DNA of 64,000 nt from Eledone cirrhosa (lineage: Eukaryota), in contig OZ024740.1 of assembly GCA_964016885.1 (NCBI GenBank), forward strand, positions 412,238,001 to 412,302,000, written 5' to 3'. Position 1 is the stretch's first letter. Every line of letters starts with the position of its first letter. The position numbers were made by a program, and so were the translations under genes. Of the stretch, positions 30,236 to 48,848 are shown one piece after another. The notes beneath the pieces were generated by a model that did no database searches, had not been told where the DNA came from, and saw nothing but the letters and a program-made list of their open reading frames with translations.

Positions 30236-30574
30236 CACATATATACATGTATATATTGTACCTTTTGATTTTTAATTTGGAATTTTAATGTTGGTATAAA
30301 TATATTATTATTATAATGTATTATATTGTGTTATATATAATTCCTGCTCTATATAACCAAATTTGTTTAGATTTAGATTGGTGGCTTTGGACTATATTTG
30401 TAATATGGTTCTTAATGTTATCTACATCCTTAGTTATTATATATTTTTATTATTTTTATCTTTATTTTCATTTTTATTATCGTATATCTTTGTAAGACAT
30501 TAGTGTATGTACACTCCATATTCTTCAGAGTTTCTGGCTTGTATCTGCCGATATTACCTCTTGTTGTTTTGATT

Positions 30575-30612
30575 GCCCTGATGAGTCCTTAATAGGACGA
30601 AACATTGTCGGC
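30575..30612 (+). ncRNA. Canonical minimal type I hammerhead ribozyme
   Basis: gcc-CTGATGA-gtcc-ttaata-ggac-GAAA-c-att-g-TC-ggc. Confidence 0.9.
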
Positions 30613-30707
30613 TAAAAAAAACTTTTGATGTATTAAAGGATTCTTTGTTTTACTCTTAATAATATATATATATATATATATGAATATGTATATATATATA
30701 TGTATGT

Positions 30708-30748
<41 letters not shown>

Positions 30749-30782
30749 TATATATGTATATGTATATATATATATGTATATA

Positions 30783-30827
<45 letters not shown>

Positions 30828-30880
30828 TTATATGTCTATATATGTCTATATATGTCTATATATGTATATATATATGTATA

Positions 30881-30955
<75 letters not shown>

Positions 30956-31024
30956 TATGAAGAGAGAAGAAACATTTAGATATAATTAGTAATAAAATGT
31001 ATCATACCTAAACTGTTCCTAAAT

Positions 31025-31112
31025 TCCTCGACTACGTAGTTTCGTGGCATAAACAAAAACAATATATCAAAGATATAGAGTCCTTGCGAGGTCTGCCGAC
31101 TTATCAAGAGGA
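31025..31112 (-). ncRNA. Type I hammerhead, U3:A8 variant with expanded stem II (unit 1)
   Basis: Minus strand: tcctc-TTGATAA-gt(c)ggca...tgccac-GAAA-ctacgtag-TC-gagga. Stem III is the palindrome ACTACGTAGT. Confidence 0.8.
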
Positions 31113-31615
31113 TACCTCATTTTACTAGTCTCAAGAACGCGTCTATACGACGTGAGAAAGAATCCCAAAAGGCGGAGGGGGAGATAGTCATGCGATATAA
31201 CGGTCGAGAAACAGAGCTAAGCCTCTTATAACCACGAAGAAAATACCACGGAGGCGGAGGGGGTATTCATATCGAGGCCGCAGAAGAGGTAGTGAAGAAG
31301 GCGAGAAGTATGAGTAATGGAAGCTTTCCAGTTGTCCCCACACTTCAAAGATTGCTCGACCAGAGGGAGTTATTAATATATTTAGAAACACACAGATACA
31401 TGCGGACACACACATATATACATGAGTGCATCCGCACCCAACTGTGAGTTAAGGGTGCCAACTTCACCGATGTTGCTCAATGAATGACTGGGACAGACCA
31501 ATTCAGTTTGAACTAGACTGAACCAGTATCAGAGTTAAAAATACATTATGAAGAGAGAAGAAACATTTAGATATAATTAGTAATAAAATGTATCATACCT
31601 AAACTGTTCCTAAAT

Positions 31616-31703
31616 TCCTCGACTACGTAGTTTCGTGGCATAAACAAAAACAATATATCAAAGATATAGAGTCCTTGCGAGGTCTGCCGACTTATCAAGA
31701 GGA
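31616..31703 (-). ncRNA. Type I hammerhead, U3:A8 variant (unit 2)
   Basis: Same sequence as 31025-31112. Confidence 0.8.
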
Positions 31704-32206
31704 TACCTCATTTTACTAGTCTCAAGAACGCGTCTATACGACGTGAGAAAGAATCCCAAAAGGCGGAGGGGGAGATAGTCATGCGATATAACGGTCGAGA
31801 AACAGAGCTAAGCCTCTTATAACCACGAAGAAAATACCACGGAGGCGGAGGGGGTATTCATATCGAGGCCGCAGAAGAGGTAGTGAAGAAGGCGAGAAGT
31901 ATGAGTAATGGAAGCTTTCCAGTTGTCCCCACACTTCAAAGATTGCTCGACCAGAGGGAGTTATTAATATATTTAGAAACACACAGATACATGCGGACAC
32001 ACACATATATACATGAGTGCATCCGCACCCAACTGTGAGTTAAGGGTGCCAACTTCACCGATGTTGCTCAATGAATGACTGGGACAGACCAATTCAGTTT
32101 GAACTAGACTGAACCAGTATCAGAGTTAAAAATACATTATGAAGAGAGAAGAAACATTTAGATATAATTAGTAATAAAATGTATCATACCTAAACTGTTC
32201 CTAAAT

Positions 32207-32294
32207 TCCTCGACTACGTAGTTTCGTGGCATAAACAAAAACAATATATCAAAGATATAGAGTCCTTGCGAGGTCTGCCGACTTATCAAGAGGA
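32207..32294 (-). ncRNA. Type I hammerhead, U3:A8 variant (unit 3)
   Basis: Same sequence as 31025-31112. Confidence 0.8.
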
Positions 32295-32657
32295 TACCTC
32301 ATTTTACTAGTCTCAAGAACGCGTCTATACGACGTGAGAAAGAATCCCAAAAGGCGGAGGGGGAGATAGTCATGCGATATAACGGTCGAGAAACAGAGCT
32401 AAGCCTCTTATAACCACGAAGAAAATACCACGGAGGCGGAGGGGGTATTCATATCGAGGCCGCAGAAGAGGTAGTGAAGAAGGCGAGAAGTATGAGTAAT
32501 GGAAGCTTTCCAGTTGTCCCCACACTTCAAAGATTGCTCGACCAGAGGGAGTTATTAATATATTTAGAAACACACAGATACATGCGGACACACACATATA
32601 TACATGAGTGCATCCGCACCCAACTGTGAGTTAAGGGTGCCAACTTCACCGATGTTG

Positions 32658-32720
<63 letters not shown>

Positions 32721-33698
32721 GTGTGTATATATATATATATAAATGAAATAAAATAACAGGAGACTGGACTGGTGTAAATCCTTGAAATGATTATTATACT
32801 ATGATCATTTCAATGACCGCGTTCCATATGAATCCGGTGATATCATCAGGTATTGGAATATAACAAAGGAATATGTAAAAATCAGAGACAGAGACAGAGA
32901 GGACGTCTGACCAACTAGCTTCTCGGCCAGTCGCCCTCAAAGTGTTGGCAACTGAAGCTACTAATGAATATCTGGTGAGGGGTCGAATGCGTATAATGCA
33001 CCACCACCACTCCGTCAAAGAAGAAGGGGAAGAAAGAAAGAGAGGGAGAAAGAAGTGTAGTTTAAGGGTCATACTACATTCATGCTAGAAAATGCCGCGA
33101 AAAAATGCTACCGCAAAGAATCTATAATGGGTGTCTGTATGGTCTAATGTGTGAACCGAAGATTGGAACGTTAAACTTATGTTGCGAGTTATAGGATGAA
33201 TTTAAATTAAATGATAAATATTAAATTGCAAAATGATAAATTGAAAAATAAGTTATTAGACAATTAAAGATTAAGTTAGCGAGATTTATTTATTTAATGA
33301 AGTTACGGAGAGTGTCTTATATGAAAAATGTTATCTCGATAAGATATTAGGATGGGATATAGAGTAAAGATTTCTATTGGAGTCCCCCCCCCCCCAAAAA
33401 AAAAAACAAGGCCTTGTCAGCTTCATCTCCCCCTGTTTGCTGAAATTAAAGTAAGTGAGTCTGTCACTACTCTAAAACAATAGCATAAGGTCTTCGAAAT
33501 GCTTTTAATTAAGCATACAGTGTATTGCAAAATACACTATATATACATTCATATATATATATAGCTATTTCAGAGCACAAATTCTAATTTTCAATTTCTG
33601 CTAGACCGGCAACCGCTCTGTATAATCAGTTCCTGATTATTTACTAGAATTCTATAAGAACCAAACATCCATGATTTCAGCAAACAGGAGGAGTAGTT

Positions 33699-33743
33699 GG
33701 CGTTGATAAGCATGAATAAATGCGAAACATGGCCTTGTCAGCT
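33699..33743 (+). ncRNA. Type I hammerhead, U3:A8 variant (320-bp array, copy 1)
   Basis: ggcg-TTGATAA-gcat-gaataa-atgc-GAAA-catggccttg-TC-agct. There is a mismatch at the base of stem I. Confidence 0.7.
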
Positions 33744-34017
33744 TTATCTCCCCCTGTTTGCTGAAATTAAAGTAAGTGAGTCTGTCACTACTCTAAAACA
33801 ATAGCATAAGGTCTTCGAAATGCTTTTAATTAAGCATACATTGTATTGCAAAATACACTATATATACATTCATATATATATAGCTATTTCAGAGCGCAAA
33901 TTCTAATTTTCAATTTCTGCTTGACCGGCAACCGCTCTGTATAATCAGTTCCTGATTATTTACTAGAATTCTATAAGAACCAAACATCCATGATTTCAGC
34001 AAACAGGAAGTGTAGTT

Positions 34018-34062
34018 GGCTTTGATAAGCATCAATAAATGCGAAACAAGGCTTTGTCAGCT
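34018..34062 (+). ncRNA. Type I hammerhead, U3:A8 variant (copy 2)
   Basis: ggct-TTGATAA-gcat-caataa-atgc-GAAA-caa-ggct-ttg-TC-agct. Confidence 0.85.
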
Positions 34063-34336
34063 TTATCCCCTCCTGTTTGCTGAAATTAAAGTAAGTGAGT
34101 TTGTCACTACTCTAAAACAATAGCATAAGGTATTCGAAATGCTTTAATTAAGCATACAGTGTATTGTAAAAAGACACTATATATACATTCATATATATAT
34201 AGCTATTTCAGAGCACAAATTCTAATTTTCAATTTCTGCTTGACCGGCAACCGCTCTGTATAATCAGTTCCTGATTATTTACTAGAATTCTATAAGAACC
34301 AAACATCCATGATATCAGCAAACAGGAGGAGTAGTT

Positions 34337-34381
34337 GGCTTTGATAAGCATCAATAAATGTGAAACAAGGCCTTGTCAGCT
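34337..34381 (+). ncRNA. Type I hammerhead, U3:A8 variant (copy 3)
   Basis: ggct-TTGATAA-gcat-caataa-atgt-GAAA-caaggccttg-TC-agct. Stem III is the palindrome ACAAGGCCTTGT. Confidence 0.8.
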
Positions 34382-34538
34382 TTATCTCCCCCTGTTTGCT
34401 GAAATTAAAGAAAGTGAGTCTGTCACTACTCTAAAACAATAGCATAAGGTCTTCGAAATGCTTTTAATTAAGCATACAGTGTATTGCAAAATACACTATA
34501 TATACAAACATATATATATAGCTATTTCAGAGCACAAA

Positions 34539-34624
<86 letters not shown>

Positions 34625-34689
34625 TGTGGTGGAACACTGGAGGGAAATATCAGTAGTGGTAGAGCACTCAGTCCAAGGGACTAGTTAGG

Positions 34690-34941
<252 letters not shown>

Positions 34942-35140
34942 TATATATATATACACATATATATAAATACATAATCGGAGAAAGCTAATAGCCATACTCC
35001 GGCCAAATTCCAACTCACTCAACAAACATTAGGAAATACCTGAGTATATTCCTAATTAAACGTTCGGGGTGCTAACTAATTGTATTGTGTGGAAAATTGG
35101 CTGTATCATTTCATATGAGATATATCAAATACATCTCTTC

Positions 35141-35224
<84 letters not shown>

Positions 35225-36051
35225 AAAGATAAATGGAAATGGATTCTGGAAATGGTGTAGGAAATGAAATAATATTTAATGAAAGATAGAAAGCAGGTAT
35301 TAAGGAAATACCAGATGATGTTAAGAACAAGAAAAGAAATATAAATATGGACTGTAATAAGGAATGAACAAAATATGGATTATAATAAGGAAAGAAAAAA
35401 TATGGAATATAATAGGGAATGAAAAGATGAATAAATGGATGAAGAGAAGATAGCAACAGAGAGTGAAAGCGGATTGAAAGGAAGAAAGAGGGAAAGAAAG
35501 GAAGACAAAAGAAACCAAGACAAATGTTAAGGAATCAAAGATAGATAGAAATACATTAATGAAGCAGTTATACATAAAAATGGACCAACAGGAGCATACA
35601 TAAATATGAAAGAATTAAAATAAGAAACGAAGAAATGAGTGAGAAAATGAAAGACAAAATGCAGAAGTAAGAACAGAAAGAAGGGAAGGAAGAAGGAGGA
35701 ACAGAAGGACACACATGAATGAAAAGCAGGTAAGAATAAGCATATAATCAGATTGTCACAAAGCTTCACGTGAGAGTTTGGTCTAAAAAGTAAATGTGAT
35801 CGAACAGACGACAATAAATTTACTGGGAAATATATTGCATTAATTCTTTTTAAATATAGTTGGTGGCATAACCTGTAAAGATGAAAAGAAATGTTAATAA
35901 CGAGGTGAGATTTGATCGCAGAAACTAAAGGAAAGGAATCTATTACTATAATATGATTAATTCAATATTGTGTTTTCGTATTTTTAATTGATATGTGAAC
36001 TACACTAAATAAGAAGGAAAAGGAAGATTCAAATAAAAAATCATACAAATA

Positions 36052-36165
36052 TGTGAGCTCTGCCGTCGGGGTCAAACGTTTTTCTATTACCCACTCTACT
36101 ACACTAAGTATTGAGTACTCTGGTGCGTTATGGTCCATCTGGTTCCTTACCACACCTCCTTCGTT
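36052..36165 (+). mobile_element. pLTR 3'-end fragment (same family as 51279-51463 and 62697-62932)
   Basis: Shared ctaagtattgagtactctggtgcgttatggtccatctggttccttaccac followed by (TA)n. Confidence 0.7.
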
Positions 36166-36534
36166 ATATATATAAATATCAGATATTCAAAACAACGAAC
36201 AGCGGAGGACGCGTTTCGCACCTTTCCGACAGACAACCTTTCCCCCACCCCGGAAAAAAAACCCAGTTGATGGATGTGAATCCGAAATATATAGGGACAA
36301 TTAAATCTCTCCCATCTCTCGTGTTGTTATTCTTATTTTATCCTTTATGCTCTTTCCTTCATTCCTCTACACGTCTTATACACGCCACACATCTCAACGT
36401 ACACCCATTTACATCTCTCTCTCCACCACCGGATATTGTTAGCCGGAGATTTACCCATTTGCATTGTCGAGGCTTCCAAACGACTTAAATTAAAATATAT
36501 ATATATATATATATTATATTAAATACATATATAC

Positions 36535-42610
<6,076 letters not shown>

Positions 42611-42679
42611 GTATATATGTACTTAATATAATATATATATATATATATATATATTAATTTAAGTCGTTTGGAAGCCTCG

Positions 42680-42760
<81 letters not shown>

Positions 42761-42781
42761 TATATATATACATACATATAT

Positions 42782-42831
42782 AGTTTCAGAAGATCCCGTT
42801 AAGGGTGAAAGCAGCGATTCTTGCTTAAATT
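42782..42831 (+). ncRNA. Degenerate hammerhead (core CAGAAGA, likely inactive) in a pLTR fragment of the 45121-45320 family
   Basis: agttt-CAGAAGA-tccc-gttaa-gggt-GAAA-gca...tgc-TT-aaatt. Confidence 0.55.
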
Positions 42832-42952
42832 TTAATCTGTTATTTTAATAAATATTTGCTCTACGGTATATATTGGATATATATTTATCCTCATCCAGCC
42901 CTCTTTGGATTTTAGTCTTCAAATTTATTATTATTTCTATATATATATATAT

Positions 42953-43788
42953 ATATGAATAAAAATAGACAAGGGGTAAAATGTCGTCATCAGTAGTCTG
43001 CTGATTATCGTTAGTATTTCGACGCATTAAAGACTAGATACCTAAAATCAGTGCGAGCGATAACTCAATTAAGTTATCGGGCAGTGGGAAAACAGAGGGA
43101 AGGAAGCAAACACATGGTGGTATGCAACGTAAAGAGAGGGAAGTAGAGACAAGTCAATGAATCCTGTGGGCTTAAGTCCGACAAATCAAATTGACGAGGA
43201 GAAAGAGACACGCCCGAGCCGCGAGAAGATTGAGAGAGGAAAGAAATTCAAGCAGGTCAGACGGCAGGAAGTGAGAGAGGAGGAGAAGCAGAGAAGGAGT
43301 GAGTGAAAGTGGGAGGAAGGGGCCAGCAGAGAGTGGGTGTCCCGCAGCGGGAGTTGAGGAAGGCAAGAGGTGAAGGAGAGAGAAAAGGGTGATAGCAGTA
43401 AAGTGACAGAAAAAATACGAACCACAGCGAAGTGAAAAAATATGTGAATGAAGAATGGCGTGCTGCGTTGTTGCGAACATGAACATATGAATAAACATAG
43501 ACAAGTGGTAAAATGTCCTCATCAGTTGTCTGATGATTATCGTTGGTATTTGGACGCATTAAAGACTGGATACCTAAAATCAGTGCGAGCGATACCTCAA
43601 TTAAGTTATCGGGCAGTGGGAAAACAGAGGGAAGGAAGCAAACGCATGGTGGTATGCAACGTAAGGAGAGGGAAGTAGAGACAAGTCAATGAATCCTGTG
43701 GGCTTAAGTCCGACAAATCAAATTGACGAGGAGAAATAGACATGTCCGAGCCTCGAGAAGATTGAGAGAGGAAAGAAATTCAAGCAGG

Positions 43789-43790
<2 letters not shown>
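42953..43790. repeat. 532-bp tandem duplication (1.6 units) between (TA)n tracts
   Basis: 42953-43258 recurs at 43485-43790. Confidence 0.85.
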
Positions 43791-43842
<52 letters not shown>

Positions 43843-44453
43843 GGGGGAGATATGGGATAACGAAGTTTCATTCCAAAATGTTTTTTCTTTAATTTTTTAA
43901 TATTACACGTTTCACAGAGGTTTGCTTCGAGATACACAGACACACAAAACACACACACACAGACGCACATACACACACACACAGAGACACACAAACACAA
44001 ACACAAACACAGACACATGCACAGACACATGGAAAAGTTTTGATTTAAATCCAAATGTCTCATCAGCAGATCCACTGTGGCATCTTTTCTATCACAATGT
44101 TAAAAATATCGAGCCAATATTCTGTGAAACATATGTCAGGTATGATACTTTATAAAATACTTTAATTTGAAACCTCCTTATTACATACATAATATGTAAA
44201 AACTGCAGATATCAATCATACAACACACAACAAGAGATGTTAAACATCGTTGATTTCACGCTGTACATGTAATAGCATCGAGTGCTCATATTCGTTTCAC
44301 TTTCAATAATCAACAAAAATTACTGAATAACCTACATATATATAAAAACATTCTAATGCAGAAATGCCTAAGGACAGGCTCTACATAAAATTTCAATATA
44401 AAGATGAATCTCACAGTTTGAATATGGTGAGCGGCAAACGCAAACGAAACGAG

Positions 44454-44600
44454 ATTTGGCAGTATCGGTAGAGAGTCTAACGCCATGCTTTGCAGCACAG
44501 AGTTATGACCCATTATAGTCTAAGTTCAAATCCCGCTGTGATTTGCCTTTCATCCTTACGGGGTCGATAAAATAAAGTGCCAGTAATACATTGGGATAAT
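44454..44600 (+). mobile_element. tRNA-derived SINE (Meta-domain-like)
   Basis: ttggcagtatcggtagag...aagttcaaatcccgc...ttgcctttcatccttacggggtcgataaaataaagtgccag. Confidence 0.75.
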
Positions 44601-44984
44601 TGCTGCCCTATTAGAAACAATTGTAATTATACTTATAATTTTGAAAGAAGAACACCATTTAGAGGATTTCACTTTATAGAAGGCAATTGAAGAAATAACT
44701 CTCTTAGTATTGACTCATTCAAGGTCTTTGAAACATTTTAAAAGAATCCAATATAGGTGTATGTGCGGGGGAGGGGACTTGTATATCAACCAGATTCGTT
44801 ATTGCAACAGACATATTTCGATCTTATTAGACTACAGTCAGGTAAAAAACAGTCATTATGCAAGTTATTCAACTTAGGTAAAGAAATAGGAAATGAGCCA
44901 GGATTATCAGGCAGGATTATTATTGCCACAGTTCTATGTTTGAAGATTTCGTTAAAATTTAAATGTTAATATGCTACCTCCATA

Positions 44985-45022
<38 letters not shown>

Positions 45023-45120
45023 ATATATTCACACCTGCAATCAGAAACGTTGTACAGCAGAACCGGCGACACACATCCCAGGTATGCGTTTATTAAATCC
45101 CAACCTATATATATATATAT

Positions 45121-45259
45121 ATTTATTAAAATAACAGATTAAAGTTTAAGCAAGGAATCGCTGCTTTCACCCTTAACGGGATCTTCAGAAACTGAAGATC
45201 CCGTTAAGGGTGAAAGCAGCGATTCTTTGCTTAAACTTTAATCTGTTATTTTAATAAAT
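45121..45259. mobile_element. Near-perfect palindrome (68-bp arms, 3-nt loop) of a pLTR end; complete HHR on the minus strand (45143-45193)
   Basis: The hinge is ...atcttcag-aaa-ctgaagat.... Minus strand: agttt-CTGAAGA-tccc-gttaa-gggt-GAAA-gca-gcgattcct-tgc-TT-aaact. Confidence 0.85.
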
Positions 45260-45329
45260 ATTTGCTCTACGGTTCTTATATATGTGATATATATATTTAT
45301 CCTTATCTCTTTATTATTATTACTATATA

Positions 45330-45485
<156 letters not shown>

Positions 45486-45926
45486 TATACAGGTTGGGAT
45501 TTATTAAACACAGACCTGCGATGCGTGTTGCCGGTGCTGCTGTACAACGTTTCTGATTGCAGGTGTAAATATCGATATCACCTTAGGTTGGGAATATCTC
45601 TGTGGGTGATTCGGCATCTACAACAGAGAAAACAGAGTGACTAGGTTCCCACACATCGATATAGGTAACGAAACACTTGCGCAACTCCACAATCATAGGT
45701 GTGCCTGATGTTGATATTCCGGCCACCTCTGCGCGTCAGAACGGCATGAAATTCGATGAATATGGAGTTGTGGCCCCATCCAAATTATTGTGCAATGTGC
45801 AGCATTCACCTTTTTCTTGACCCAGTTTCACACACATAAATACGACGTGCACAGATAGACACATTCACGCATTCCCACATACACATTAATATTCAGATAT
45901 ATACGTACGTATGACTATGACAGATG

Positions 45927-45999
<73 letters not shown>

Positions 46000-46151
46000 C
46001 AAGATGTATGGTAGGTCGTATGTGAATCGCGATGATCACGTCTGACCTACCAAATATGCGACGGTAGCTAGTTAAGCTCTATGCGTATAAGCAGAGCAGA
46101 AATATTAATGAAAAAGAACAAAGAACTATTATGACATTATAACAAGTTTAT

Positions 46152-46198
46152 TGCCGACAGCCGTTTCGTCCGACCATATGGTGGGACTTTTCAAGGCA
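46152..46198 (-). ncRNA. Type I hammerhead, U3:A8 variant
   Basis: Minus strand: tgcc-TTGAAAA-gtcc-c-accatatggt-c-ggac-GAAA-c-ggct-g-TC-ggca. Confidence 0.85.
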
Positions 46199-48848
46199 TA
46201 TAACATGTGATTGTAAGTTCATTATTTACATCAACGTATCACTTAAGACTAGCAGTTTGAAATTGTGGTATACATCAGCAGCTCCGCTTGTATATTTGGG
46301 GTCTATATTCTAAGGGGGCTCTTTTATATTAGTTGTCGGAATTGTAAAAGGGGTCGGTTATGGGGAGTTAAGAGAATTTGAAAATGTCCTGAGAGTCAGG
46401 GATTGAAGGTTAAAAATTAGATAATTTATAATTTACGTATTAAAAGTAAAAGACTTGGGATCACGTAGAAGCACCTTAAAAATCCCTCAATAAGTGCATA
46501 AAGCTTACAAGCCCCAATAAATTTAACACACAAGAAGAGATTAAGAGACTAATAAAAAAAAAACAATGAAGATATAAAGTTTCCCTAAAAACTATAAAGT
46601 TTCCCAAGAAGTTCCCTCGAGAGAAAAAAATTTCTTTCGAAAGAAAAACTTTCTTCCCCAGAGATCTCGTTAAAAATTTTCAGAAAATTTACGAAGTTTT
46701 GATAATCCCTACTAAGTTGATAGAAACTAATCAATTAAAGGTTAATTCAAAAAGCCTTCAATAAACCCCTCAGAAAAGGCCCCTTTAATATTTTTAATAG
46801 GAACCTCCTCCGAGAGACCCTTCGAAGAATTAAAATTTTAGAGAGCCTTTAAGGATGTATATAAACGAATTGGGGAAAATTATAAATTAAAAGTTAAAAA
46901 TTACGGTATTTGGGATATCCGAGGAATTTTCAAAGGGCTGGTTCAACAGATACAACTTAGGTATAATAGATAAAATAATTTAAGTAATTTAAGTAATTTA
47001 ATTAGGGAGCAATTCAAAGAGCTTATCAAGTTGGGCAAGATTAAAGAAAATTATAAGTAAGAAAATACATAAGCAAAAATATAATAATTATAAAATGTAT
47101 TTTTAAAAGACAATAATTATAAAATGTATTTTTAAGAAGGTATAAGGTAGCTTCAGTAATCTAATAATGTACTATCAAAAAATTATTATAAAATTATCAC
47201 AAAATTATTATAAAATTATTATATAATTATTACAAAATTATCATAAAACTATTGATACAGGATTTAAAAAAAAAAAAAATTACAATAAAATTATTGATAC
47301 AGGATTAACAAAGACATAATAATATATTCCTGCCTAATTAACAAAAAATCAATAAACAATTAACAGTTAAGCAAAATTAGCTCAGGGATATCCCGCTCTC
47401 GGATACTTTACACCCATACAGCATCACATATGATTAACAAAGACATAATGGTATACTCCTGCCTAATTAACAAACAATCAATTAACAATTGATAGTCAAG
47501 AAAATGTACTCAGGTATATCCCCCGCACGGATACTTTACACACATACAGCAGGATAATTAATACAGGTGACCTTGTGGGCGCGATATCCATTATGCGTAT
47601 GTAGTCATCTGCATAGCTCCAGGCACATTTGGTCTTGTTTAAAAGTTCAGAGTTCACGAATCAACTGGGATTCACTATCAGCTGCGTGGACTCTCTGGGA
47701 GATGTACCTGTGGATCAAATAGCTAGTGGTTGCTGGGTGTGGTCCGTTCGATCTTTTAGTTTCGGGGATTGCACGTTGCCGGTTCTTAATCCAAGGTCTC
47801 GCTGCATAGGATGTTTTGGTTTACATGCTATATTGGTAAAAAAACCAGTGTGGATTTGACTGGGGTGGTATACTACGAACTCCAAGCACACACACGACTG
47901 GTCAAATGCGAAGGGCTGTCCCCTCTTTGTTTGTTGTAGGGGTCAGTTCCAGCTTAGATGTTGGTCGTGTTATCCATATTGCGTCAGCCATGCATATTCA
48001 AGACAGGTCTGTATATATTTCCAGGTATGGTCCGGCGTCTACGCTATCCAAAGGGTCTCTCTTGTGTTATTTTCAGGTTCGTTTGTCATCTCCCGGTTAA
48101 GACTGCGCATGCTTCGGTGAATCTCATGCATGGAATCTTGGGGTATCATATTACACGGGGTGACTAGCAGAAAATATATATTCCATGCCATCGCGCACGC
48201 GCTGGCCTGTGGCTACGACCGTGTCCAGTCTCGGGTAGTAGCAGACAGCAGGTAGACCAGCTAGACACATCCCTGCTCAAGGGGCACAACCCCTAACTTA
48301 TCGAGTGGTCAGACATCAAGGGAGTCAGCTCTCCAAGCCCATTAAGTCAACCGTGGTAATATACAAAAAAATCACTATTAATAAAGAACTAACTCAACAA
48401 GAACTACTAATACTAAAGAAGAACTCAAAAGAAGTGAGTGGGGGAGAATGGGGAGGGGCATCTATTTGGGCGGGGGTTTATTAGGGGAGGAGGGGGGTTT
48501 GATTGGTTATAGGCAGGGAGCGGCCGCCATATTGGGTGTTCTGTTACTGTTTCCTTGGGCAAGTTCCCGTATTTGTTGACATACATCTCCGACGGCACCT
48601 CCCCAGATTAGTCAACGTGGGTCCAGGCACTCACAATTTCCCACACCGCAGGCATCATCTGCCCGCAGGGTGCCCAGCAACAATGCTGCCACCAATCCCA
48701 GGTTGGCAATAGGGACACAGGGTCGACTGTTCCTCACCAGAGTCCCCATCGGCAATCGGGGAGCCGAGGATTCAATGCGTCCGGGGTTACTAAAGAGCAC
48801 CCTATTCGCCAGCGGGGCAGTCATGTGCGGGACAGGGTGGGGTCAGGG

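Larger units (their letters stand above)
27260..30660 (+). mobile_element. 5'-truncated Naiad-like PLE with ~2 kb AT-rich 3' UTR ending in an HHR, flanked by (TA)n
   Basis: ORF 27288..28667 covers thumb, linker and GIY-YIG. An HHR lies at 30575-30612. Linking the UTR to this element is inferred from the lack of an intervening break. Confidence 0.8.
30950..32661 (-). mobile_element. Tandem array of 591-bp non-coding units (2.9 copies), one HHR per unit; retrozyme-like or tandem pLTR
   Basis: Units start at 30950, 31541 and 32132 and look identical by eye. (TA)n lies on both sides. Confidence 0.85.
33404..34545 (+). mobile_element. Tandem array of ~320-bp highly structured non-coding units (~3.5 copies), one HHR per unit; non-LTR retrozyme-like
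   Basis: GTC cleavage triplets end at 33418, 33739, 34058 and 34377 (spacing 321/319/319). Units differ by a few substitutions, and the array ends in (TA)n. Confidence 0.85.

Noticed and set aside
31188-32597. Three identical 75-aa ORFs in the 591-bp array
   Set aside because: No recognisable motif. The identity simply reflects the tandem repeat.
32806-32858. Minus-strand CTGATGA...GGAAcgcggTC HHR-like remnant
   Set aside because: The GAAA box is altered and stems I and II are out of register. At best a decayed copy.
30950-34545. CRISPR-like interpretation of the tandem arrays
   Set aside because: Whole units repeat with no unique spacers, there are no cas genes, and the context is eukaryotic.
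36200-36228. Minus-strand GAAA-cgcg-TC 3' half of an HHR
   Set aside because: No matching 5' core or stem I strand was found.
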